In this document: positions 53,182-64,000 of the stretch, one piece after another
Layout: each line of letters starts with the position of its first letter
How positions within the stretch are numbered: the stretch's first letter is position 1
DNA from: Peribolospora baueri
Taxonomy: Eukaryota
Assembly (NCBI GenBank): GCA_029717555.1
Contig: JAMDHS010000044.1
Coordinates: 62,001 to 126,000 of the forward strand
Direction of reading: 5' to 3'
DNA length: 64,000 nt
Made by a program: the position numbers and the translations under genes
Notes under the pieces: generated by a model
What the model saw: only the letters and a program-made list of their open reading frames with translations
Databases searched by the model: none
Told to the model about the DNA's origin: nothing

Positions 53182-56100
53182 ATGGCTTCCCCAACCACGC
53201 CCACCATCCCCGCCAACTCTCCTACCGCCGCCCCCTCCCCCTCCCCGTCCTCTCCTTCCCTCTCCAGGCTCCCCTCCAGGCCCTCTCTTCACTCCATGAG
53301 GCCTGCCGGTGCCGACACTGAAGCAGGTGCCCCCTCCCCGGCAGCACCAGCAACGGGAACAGGGCCGAATGCGGCGGGCACCGTGAGGCTTGGCAGCATT
53401 GACAAAGCTTCTTGGCCAGCGTCCGCTTCTCCCAACCCCGCCGACAGCAACGCCGGTGGAGTGGGCACCGCGACGAGGAGGAGGTTCATGTCCGGCGGCG
53501 ACTCCACGCCAGACGGCTGGGACGACCTTGGCGGCTCCGCGAGCGAGTATCCCCGGTCGGCCGCCGCGGCCGACGACGACGACGGCGACGGCGATTCGAG
53601 GAGGACGACAATGGTCGGCAGCCCCGTCGTCGCCCCCTTCGCCTCCGCCTCCTCCTCCCAACACTCCTCTGTCCCCCTGTCTCCCCTCTCCGCTCGCGGC
53701 CACCACGCCGGCGCGGCCCCTTCTTCCTCCTCCACCACCGCTTTCACAAACGGCACCTCCACCCAGGGCATTCCTCCCAGCACCATCGCCGCCGCCGCCG
53801 CGGCGCACCAGGGACTCGGCATAGGTATAGGTGGCTTCCCCGGCGCCGCTGGATACCCAGGTGCCGATGCCGCCAAATCGGCCGTCCCGGACGAGGTCGT
53901 ACCCACCACGTTCGACGATGGCGTTCTCCGGGCGCTATGCGATTTGGATGTTAGTCCTTCTTCCTTCCTTCTTCCGTTCATCGAGTCCTCTGTATGCCCT
54001 TCCCTGATTTCATTTCTCTCCTTCTCTCCCTCCTTCCCATCCTCGTACAGTGTGGAAAAGACCTCCTCCTAGACCGGATCAAGCAGTCTATGGTATCATG
54101 CCGGGTGCGTCCCGCGACGTCCACCCCGCTCGCCCAAGCAAGTCCTGACTTTTTGTTGTTTTTCGTGCTTTTGCACCCAACGCGCTCCTTTTCTTTTCTT
54201 TCTTTTGCACCCCACCTGCTCCTTTTTTATTTCTTTTGCACCCAACGCGCTCCTTTTCTTTTCTTTGCCTTTGCCCCCGACCTGCTCTTTTCTTTTCTTT
54301 CTTTTGCACCCAACGCGCTTCCTATTTTTCTTTCTTTTGCACCCCACCCGCTTTCGCCGCGCCTCGTCGCCTCGCAGGAAGCATCCGTCTTCTTCAAGAA
54401 GAGAGCAGCCGTGGAAGAAGAGTACGCGCGCAGCTTGGCAAAGCTTGCTAAGGGTACCGCCGAGGCTTATGGGATGAATGAGGGAAAGGCTGGGTGGGTC
54501 TCCTTCGGTCTCCGTCCGTCCGTCGTCATGCTCACCCTCGTTCGTTCATTCGTCTGTTCGTCCGTCCGTCCGTCCCTCCCTCCCTCCCTCCCTCCCTCCC
54601 TCCCTCCTTCCGTCCATCCGCCGTCTGTCCGCCCGCAGCACATACGTCACCTCATGGATGTCCTTTCTCCGAACCCACGAAACCGTCGCCGACAACCGAC
54701 TCCGATTCGCCGCAAAGCTGTCAGAGATGAGCGACGAGCTGACGACGCTTGTCAAAGAGGTTGATAAGAGTCGCAAGGCGAGCAAGGAGATTGGACAGAG
54801 GATGGAGAGGACGCTTGTTGAGAGTGAGATGGCGACGGAGAAGGTGCGATTTGTTCTCTGTCTTTCTCTTTCTCTTTCTCTTTCTCTTTCTCTTTCTCTT
54901 TCTCTTTCTCTTTCTCTCTCTCTTTTTCTCTCTCTCGTTCGGCCATCGGACCGTCGGACCGTCCGCCGCGGGTGCTCTCGCTCACCCCATTTGCCTTTCC
55001 GCCTCTCAGGCTCGAGCGCGGTTCGACCAAACAGCCGAGGACCTGGAAAGGGTGCTCGTGCTCAAATCAGGCGAGAGCATGAAAGAGTCCGCCATCCATC
55101 CTGGACAGCAGAGCGGCGGCGGCAAGCGCACCCTCGGCAAGGCCATCGCCAAGGGAGGCAATTTGTTCAAGGGAAAGAACCCTCAGCAGGTGCGCTCGCT
55201 CCGAGTCGTGTTGGCATTCGCAAACCAGGCTGATATCGCGCCCGCCCGCACAGATGCTTCGACAGGAGGAGGAGGCACGAGCGCGCACGTCGACGGCCTC
55301 CGACGCCTTCCGACAGCAGGTCCTCTCCACGCAAAAGATCCGACAGGAGTACTTCAACCTCCAGCTCCCGCGCGTCCTCCGAGCGCTCAAGGAGACCGCC
55401 GAGGAGATCGACAACGGAACGCAGTACCATCTGACGCGCTATGCGTTCTTGTACGAGAGCATCAGCCTCTCCGACGGCATGTCCATCAGTCCGGTCAGCA
55501 AGGACGACGGTGAGCAGTCGACGACGTGTGGCTCACTGCCGTCCACACACTCACTTTCTGTCGATCCGTGCAGGCATCGGCTTGAAAGCGGCCGTCGAGG
55601 CGATAGACAACCGAGCCGACTTCAAAGTCTTCATGCAGAATTACGCCGTCGCGTCCAGCATGGGCCCGTCGAGAGGCCCGCGAAGAGAAGGGCCGTTCGA
55701 GCAAGGATTCGTGAGTCTTTGTCCCGGTTCGGCTCGGCGCCGGTTTCGCTCCCTTGGAACGCTAGCTAGCCAACGTCTGACTCGCTCGCTCGAACCGTGC
55801 TCTCTTGCACGCCATCATGCAGGTCGAAAACCCGCCGGTGCCGCGTTCGCGCTCAAAGCAGACCGTCGCCAGTCAGCAGCCTCCGCATCGACCGATCTTT
55901 GGCGTGGAGCTGTCGGAGCAGATGCTGCGCGACAACGTCGAGGTGCCGCTCGTGCTCGTCAAGTGCGCACAGCTTATCGAGGCTCACGGTCTGCAGACCA
56001 CCGGCATCTATCGGCTTAGTGGGACGACGAGCAAGGTGCAGAGGCTCAAGGCCAAGTTGGATGCCGGTGAGCGTGGTTTAGCTCGGAGAAGACTGGTTTC

Positions 56101-56925
56101 GATGTAGCGCAGCGACTGAACGGTGGACGTGGATGTATGCCCTCTCCACTCTTTCTTTTTTCTGTGGCAGACGTCGAGAACATCGACCTGGGAGCCGACG
56201 AAGCGGTCGCCGACATCAACAACGTCTCTGGCGTCCTCAAACTCTGGTTCCGCGAGCTCCCGGAACCTCTGCTGACCTTTGACTTGTACCAAGGCTTCAT
56301 CGACGCCGCGAGTGAGCTCCTGTCCCCGTCTCTCACCTCTGTGTTGTCCTTTTCCGGCCGTCGCGCGCAGATCACGGATGGACGTGAGCTGATCGTCGAA
56401 TTCTCTCCTCTTCTCGACGCGGACGAGCAGAGATCGAGAACGAACGGTTGCGACAGATTCGGCTGCACGAACGCGTCAACGAGCTGCCTGACGCCAATTA
56501 TGCGACGCTCAAGTTCCTCATGTCTCATCTGGACAAGTGAGTCCGACTGGCCGCCCGTGCGTTCCGTTCGAGATCGCCGGCTGATCGTCCGTCGTTCGCC
56601 GCCGTCGACAGGGTCAAAGAACACGAGGTTGTAAACTCAATGTCAGCGTCCAACTTGGCCATCGTCTTTGGGCCCACGCTGCTAAGCCCACCGCCATCAG
56701 AGGATGGGGGGACGGGAGCGATGTCGTTGCAGGACATGACCTTTCAGTGTAGGGCCGTCGAGACCGTCCTGAACCGGTATCGAGTGCGTGTTTGTTCGCC
56801 CGCCCTCCCGCGATCCAAGTCTGTCGTCCGCGTTTTCGCTCATCCCTCCCCGCTCGCCTCTTCCTCCCCCGCTCGACGTCATCGTCGTCGTCCTGCAGGA
56901 AATCTTTGTCGACGAGAACGAGTGA
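53182..56925 (+). CDS. RGD1: F-BAR (FCH) + RhoGAP protein, Rgd1/Rga7 type (multi-exon)
   Basis: FCH motifs LLLDRIKQSMVSCREASVFFKKRAAVEEEY; RhoGAP motifs IFGVEL...VPLVLVKC...GIYRLSG (Arg finger), LKLWFRELPEPL and MSASNLAIVFGPTL; stop after EIFVDENE. Confidence 0.92.
54168..54352. repeat. Intronic minisatellite, six ~31-35-bp units alternating A/B
   Basis: Units start near 54168, 54202, 54233, 54268, 54301 and 54334. A core = cttttgcacccaacgcgct; B core = cttttgcaccccacctgct (with variants). Confidence 0.9.
54862..54917. repeat. (CTCTTT)n microsatellite in an RGD1 intron
   Basis: Directly visible hexamer run. Confidence 0.85.
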
Positions 56926-58176
56926 CGTCGACTCGGACCCATCGCCATGCCTTTCCATCCTCATGCCCCGCCCCCTCGCCGTCGTCGGCCAGCTTTTGCA
57001 AGAATCCCCCCTCCCGTCGCGACCACTCATCTCTACATCTCGACGGCCGCATTGACGCCCAGGACAAAAATATTCCAATCTTTTTTTTCTTCCTCAAGTA
57101 TGCTTACTTCATATTCCTCATCCATCCCCCGGCGCATCTCGACTTCGCCCTCGCCCCATTCTATTTCCTGCGTCTTTATGATACGATACAGATCGAGTCA
57201 TTTTTTTTCTTTTTTTTCTCGCCCGTGCCATCCCATCTTGCTTAGCTCCCGTCCCATCTCGTCTCGCTCCGTCGGTCCGCGCACTCCTCTTCTTCCCCCC
57301 CCCGGCGCGGCTCACGCGTCCTGTTCCCCACGGCTCCTTTCGTCGACGGTCTTGGGAGACCTCGGTATCGCATGTGTCTGTCTGCTCTCGCGCCTCTCCC
57401 CTTCCCTTCCCTTCCCTTCCCTTCCCTTCCTCTTCTCCACCGTGTTCCCCTCTCTCTTCTCTTCTCTTCTCTTCTCTTCTCTCTTTCTCTCTCTGTGTGT
57501 CTCTCTCTCCCGCGCGCTAGTCCGCTCGCTTCACCTCGGCTGTCCTTTCGGCCTTTCGAAGATTCCTCACCCTCGGCTTGGCTTCGCCTCGGGTGGCGAG
57601 AAGGAGAAATGAAAGAATACCCGGTCCCGCCCGCCCTTTCGACCCTTTTCGTCCCTCCTTTTCCTTTCCTTTTCTTCTTTTCCGCAAGAGATTGGGCCAA
57701 GGATCCAGAAGGGCGAAAAAAAGAGTTGCTTCTTGACAAAGGTGAGGAAGCGGCGAGAAAGACTGGGTGTGGTACAACAGGGATGGATGCGCGAAGACGT
57801 GGTCGATCGATGGACGGATGGATGGATGGGATTCGGTTGAAAGCCAAAATAAAATTGTGGCGAGCGAGAAATACGATCTGATCGGTGAAGCAACCAAATC
57901 GAGGATAAACATGATGATGGGACATAAAGGGAGGTTGGATGAGCCAGAGAACAAACTACGGTGGACCGGCATGGCGTATGATGCGGGACGATGGATGGAT
58001 GGATGGATGGATGGATGTGGAGCGTGAGAATGGGATGTGTGTACGACCCGGGGGGCGGGAAGGGTATCATACGAGCTTCCGCTCCTCGGCCGAGAGCGAC
58101 CTGAAAGGATGAGAGAGGAGATGAGCAGCGCAAGGACGGCCCAGCGACGGATAGACCGATAGGGATCGAGCGCCGC

Positions 58177-61100
58177 TTAGAGCTGACGCGACAGCAGCCA
58201 TACTTCGAGGTCTTGCCAGCCTGCATGATGGCATGGAGACGGTACGCGGCACGTACGGTCAGTGACGGTTACGTTTACCAGGAAAACAACATTCCCACCT
58301 CCGGCAGCAGCGACGAAACCTCCACGGCGAAAAGGGAAAAGGGTCCACTCACCTCCGCCAACCCTGGCGAGCACCTTCTTGGCCTTGCCCGTACCCTTGA
58401 CTCCGGCGGGCCTGTGCAGGCTCAAGAAGCGACACATGACGACCTTGCCATTGTTACCGAACATGTACCTCGCTTGGTTGTCGCCCTTCTCCGACGCTGT
58501 CGCCGGGCCCTTCAGAGGCGGATCGACACGCTCGAGCCGGATGCCTTGCGAGTTGGCGATCCGTGCCACCTCGAGGTCCAGCGGGTCCTGCGAGTTGGGC
58601 ACGTACTCGAGCACGCCACTCACGCTCAGCTCGGAAGGGGACATGGTGCCATCACGCGACAGTGGTCCTCGAGCGACGGACGAAGAGGCGACGGACGAAG
58701 GCGTGGTCGGCCTCGATCGCGGCACGCTCCTGGGAGAGCCGTAATTCGACGAAGCAGAAGAAGGCGCGCCCGTCACGGGCGGTCGCGAGGTCGATCGGGG
58801 TGGACGCTGCATCAGTCGAGAAGAAGGGCTGCCTCCTTGATACATGGACAGTCGTTGAGCGCGGGCATAGATCTGTGGCTCGGGCGTCTGCAGCGGCCGA
58901 GCGGAGATACCGTAACGGCCGGACGTGGTGACCGACGAGGCGTAGGACGCGTTGGAGAAAGCCGGGCTCACGCTACGCATCCGGCTCGAGGTGGACAGCG
59001 TGGGCGAAGAAGGCGTAGAGCCTTCAGAAGGAAGAGCTAACCGGGGGATCCTGGAGCCAGTGGAGGTGCGGCTTGCGCCGCCCATCGACGACGTCGAGCC
59101 AGTCGGGCTGACGGCGCGTCGCGTCATGGAGGAGGCAGGACGAGCGGCGAGCTCTCTCTCCTTTTCCGCCAGGAGCATCTCAATGTCCTCCGGGGACATC
59201 TCAGACATGGACGAGCTGAGATATTGCGGCGCGCCGGCGGGAAGCGGAATGCGACTCCCCGATGACTGGCGCGGACGACCGATCGACAGCGCGGACGAAG
59301 TGTTCCTGCTCGGTGGCCGGTCCGGCATGTCCGAAGCCGGAGCCGGAGCCGGCTGCGACTGTCTAAAGAAACTGCCCGCGGACCAAGAAACGGGCGGGGG
59401 GGTGAAATCGCGTATGAGACGAGAGGTCCGCGAGCCCGGTCGAATTTGGGACGTCGTGCTGTTGCCCGGTGAGGTTTGAAGGATGGAAGATTTTCTAGGA
59501 TCGTCGTACTTGACGCGCGTCGAAGCGTTCCATTGCGGCCTCGCCGAATCGGAGGAGGCGCTTGATGGCAGACCGGTGGGCGTCTTGGCCCTCGACGTGC
59601 CTGTACCGGTCCACGGGCTCAGGGAGGACGCCGAACCGTGGGGGGACTCGCCGACGTTGAAGCTTTGTGAATGGCGATGACGCAGGGGCTTCGTCGGGGT
59701 CTCGAGAGTGTCGGAAGTGCGTCGCAGTGGGTTCTTGGTGGGAATAGTCGGCGGGGGCGACGCGCTTTTCCCACCCACAGGGCCAGTCCCCCGGTTGACC
59801 AACTTGCGAAAAGGGCTCTTCGGTCGTAGAGGCGGCTTGCTGCCACTGCTCGGAGTGCTCGACGGCAAGCTCACCTTTGAGCTCGGCGGCGTCATGAGAT
59901 GGCTCGAGCCGGTCGAACTTGCGGGACTAAGAAGTGCCGAGCGTCCTTGTTCTTCCTTGTCCTTGAGCACGCCTTCGATGGCCCTCATCTCGCCCTCCAC
60001 CCTCACCATCTTCTCCCTCAGGTTCTTCCACCTCGACTTCATGTCCGAGAACCGGCGCAAGACCATTCCGTTCTTCGTCGCCCGCTCTCGTACGCCCTTG
60101 TCCAAGACGGCGAGGACGCTCTCGCACGCCGGCGCGTAATAGTGCTTCTTGGCATTGAACGACTTTTGCAGGGAGTAGAAGTCGGCCGACGACGTCTTCG
60201 AATCCACCTCGGAGGGCCATGCCCAGTTGTCGGGGCTGTCGTGGGGTGTACCACTTCTGCCGCGCTGAGCGCGCCGCACCTGCCAAATGAACTCGTGGCA
60301 CTGCGAATGTGACGGAGTGACAAAAATGGTTTGCGGGAGAGGTCGACGACGGAGGACAAAAATGGTTTGCGGAAGAGGTCGACGACGAATCGGATATGGA
60401 TGTCCGTCGCCCTAGCGAGCTGACTGGAAAACTCACCAATGTGATCGCCTTTTCCAGCGAATCCATCATGCCATCGGCTTGGTCGCCTACAGATTTGAAG
60501 ACCATGAGGCTGGAAAAGGCGGACGGGGATGGAACAAATCAGCTCGTCCTACTACTACTACGACAATGACAACGACAACGACGACTCCTCACTATTTGTC
60601 TTCCTTCAATTCCTCCTTCAGGGTATCCACCTCGCCCTTGACCGACTCCCACTCAGCAACAACCTCGTCGTACTTGCGCTTCAACTCGCCCGGATCGTCG
60701 TCAGCGGTCATGAAACTGTTCAGACTGCCAGCACTGCTCCGTCGCATGCTTCGCGGGCTATCGTGCGTCGCTGTTGCAGTTGCGGTAGGAGGCGAGGACG
60801 GCGGCGGCCGAGCCGAAAGAACGAAGGCGAAGCGCGAGTCGAGGGACGCGAGGGACGCCGAGACGGACTCGAGTTTAGCGTCCAGACGCATAAGCAGGAC
60901 GTCCACTTCGTTCGTCGCCGGCGTGGCCGCGTCCTGCGCGAAAGAAGAGGAGGACTTGGCGTTGGGCGTCGAGAGCGCCGCCACGTCGAGCGAAGCCGGC
61001 GGCGGAGGCGGCGGTGGCGCAGCGAGGTCAGCGGCCATGTGCCGCTTCTCCTCGGCTTGAAAGACGAGCGTTCGGATTTCCTGGATCGCAGAGCCAACCT

Positions 61101-62310
61101 CGGACAGCTGCGACGCAAGAAGCGCTGCGCTCGCGTCGTCCCTGCAAGAGATGAGCGGAGCCCTGGCTTGTGAGATGGGAAGTCTCCTTCACAACTTTGA
61201 GCCACGTCGGTCGACTGATCGCTCACCTGGACGACGACTCTGATCGCCTCGGCGCGAAGCTATTGCCGTCCCTGCTGCCGTCGGGGTCGTGAGGTCCCTC
61301 GCGCTCTCCAGGCATATCATGAGAGTCGGTCGAAAGGGAGCGTCCATCTTCACCGTTGAGCGTCATCCGCTCCACGGCCTCGTCGATCCCGCCGACGCCG
61401 ACGATGGGCGACTTTTCGTGATTGACGACGAGCTCTGCCGATGCCATCCTAGACGCGGTGGGCGAAGACCGTCTGGGCGACTTGTGCGGCCGCGCGAACG
61501 GTATTTCACCAGGGCTGCGTGTGTTAGTAGCATGAACGGTCAGTCGAGAAAGGGGCGACCGTCACGGTGGCGGGAAAAGAGCGACGAAAGCGGACACGGA
61601 AATGAAGAAAACGTGTCAGCGGGCGATGTCCTCACGTGCGTGCCAGCGAGCAAGCGACCGACCAACCGCGATGACGGCCGATGGAAAGGGTGAAGGAAGC
61701 GGGAGGGCAAAGAGAGGGGCGCTCACCTCGACGTCCTCGACGCAGGCCTTCCGTCGTCGCCGTTCTGCTTCTCGAAATCGCGCACCCCGTCGTCGCCTCC
61801 TCCTCCTGCTCCACCACCACCTCCACCTCCTCCTCCCCCTTCCCCTCCTCCTCCGTCGTTCCGAAACGCCGGGTTGGCGCGCATTAGCACCTGGCGATCC
61901 TGGCCTGGCTTCCTCGCAGAGCCGTCGACGCCGCCGCCCCTGCCGGATAGGGAGGAGGAAGAGGAAGAGAAAGGGTCGGACGGTGATGATGACGGGGACG
62001 GCGACGGCCCCGCGTGCGGAGCACCTGCCTCGCTGAGGCGGCGCTCGAACATGAGCGCCGCCTGGCGGACCCGACTGGTCGGCGGCGGTGGTGGTGGCGG
62101 CGGCGACAGCGAGGATGAGACGGCGCAGAAGGAAGAGTCACGAGCTGTCGCGGCGGCGGGCGTGTCGGAGGGGGACGAAGGGGAGAAGGAGGGGCCGGGG
62201 GAGGAGGGAGAGGAAAGCGATCGGACGCGGGTCGTTGTCGGGGGAGTAGCGGGTCGGCGTAGCGTGTCGGCAGACGATGGAGGGGGAGGAGGTACGGTGG
62301 CTGCTGCCAT
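58177..62310 (-). CDS. Kar9-like coiled-coil protein with C-terminal GAR (GAS2-related) domain (multi-exon)
   Basis: Spliced frame gives VAEWESVKGEVDTLKEELKEDKYLMVFKSVGDQADGMMDSLEKA and SFNAKKHYYAPA (Kar9-like), a Ser/Pro/Arg-rich tail with two SRIP motifs, and YVPNSQDPLDLEVARI...KVLARVGGGWQDLEVWL (GAR). Confidence 0.8.
60319..60390. repeat. 36-bp tandem duplication in an intron of the Kar9/GAR gene
   Basis: gacaaaaatggtttgcgggagaggtcgacgacggag followed by gacaaaaatggtttgcggaagaggtcgacgacgaat. Confidence 0.9.
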
Positions 62311-62759
62311 GCGATACGGCGTGAAGCGGCCCGAGGTATAGAAGACGGCAGAGGGGGTTGGTAAAGGATAGTGGAGGAGGAGGAGGAGGGGCTGGGACGA
62401 AGGTGGTGGTGGCCACTAATACCGACCGCTCCGTCACTGGCGCTCGGTCGCCTTGCCGCAGAAGACGCCGCTAATTAAGGAGCGTGAACGGACTACATTG
62501 GAATCTTTCGCCCGTCAGTCGGGTCAGTGAACAGAACACAAAAACCACAGGCGTCGCCTAGAGTCTTCTTTGTCTGCTCCTCGCACCCCTGCTTTCACTC
62601 TCATGTCGGGCCGCTCTCTCGTCCATGTCCATCACAGCGGCGAGCACGAATTCAATCGGATAGATCCGCCATACGGCATGAATTTCACCTAGGGGCACAG
62701 TGCAGAGGGGAATGTAGAATAAGACTACATAATGGCCAGATCGTTCCAGAATACTAGCT

Positions 62760-63635
<876 letters not shown>

Positions 63636-63928
63636 CTAGACGGCGTGAACGCGTTGGGGGGGGGGTGGGGGCGAGCGACGGGGCGAGGGAGAATGTGGAG
63701 ACGGCGCGTGGGTGAGGATTCTCGTCCTCGAACAGTCCTTATCCGACGGACGAAGGCGGCTACGACTACGAAGACGGTGCTGACGATGGCGACGCACCTT
63801 GACTCCGTCTAATCAACCGTCGGTTTGTTGATGTCCTTGAGGGAGCTTGGAGAGGAAAGAAGACAGCGAAGAAAAAGCGAGACGTCAGGTCGACTTCTGT
63901 TCGGACGTCGCGTATGCGAGCTGGGCGG

Positions 63929-63988
63929 CTCGCGCACTCCGCTCGCGCACGCTAACAGCCGCGTGCGCGAGATATAACCCTAACCCTA
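63929..63988. promoter_or_regulatory. RPS31 upstream elements: CTCGCGCAC repeats, an 11-bp inverted repeat and TAACCCTAACCCTA telobox
   Basis: CTCGCGCACGC (63942-63952), 8-nt spacer, GCGTGCGCGAG (63961-63971); TAACCC twice at 63975-63986. Confidence 0.6.
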
Positions 63989-64000
63989 TAATCGACGCGT

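Noticed and set aside
52597..53808. 403-aa minus-strand ORF and similar long antisense ORFs (e.g. 42631-43785, 50791-51669)
   Set aside because: They are antisense shadows of real genes or run through microsatellites; low complexity, no domains.
54168..54352. CRISPR-like repeat-spacer pattern
   Set aside because: The apparent spacers are homologous pyrimidine tracts; this is a minisatellite inside a spliceosomal intron.
57372..57881. ORF between RGD1 and the Kar9/GAR gene
   Set aside because: Largely translated microsatellite in a convergent 3' spacer; no domain or splice support.
63975..63988. Chromosome end (telomere)
   Set aside because: Only about two TAACCC units, followed by unique sequence; better explained as a promoter motif.

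Overview
This is GC-rich, intron-containing eukaryotic DNA from a basidiomycete fungus, probably Ustilaginomycotina (inferred from gene content and GT-AG introns, not proven). Fifteen protein-coding genes are supported. In order: a PPR-like protein, a velvet-domain regulator, an MRS2/LPE10 Mg transporter, ETP1/BRAP2 E3, TRAPPC12, a TPR protein, a Rua1_C regulator, Y14/RBM8A, DNA polymerase alpha (POL1), UFD4/TRIP12 HECT E3, a UBP12/USP4-15 DUB, STE20 PAK kinase, RGD1 F-BAR RhoGAP, a Kar9-like plus GAR protein, and ubiquitin-S27a (RPS31). I found no intact transposon, CRISPR array, rRNA or tRNA. Most ORFs in the six-frame track are GC-rich shadows. The most interesting unannotated signals are a decayed HP1/Swi6-type chromo-shadow pseudogene at about 21.5-21.85 kb, four CGCG/MCB cores phased exactly 12 bp apart upstream of POL1, and an A-B-A-B-A-B minisatellite in an RGD1 intron. 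Also notable are a tandem array of consensus 5' splice sites upstream of the velvet gene, tRNA-like fragments between UFD4 and UBP12, and a telobox plus palindrome RPS31 promoter. I cannot support a wholly new multi-gene system from sequence alone. Exon boundaries were read by eye and all family calls rest on motif recognition, not database searches.
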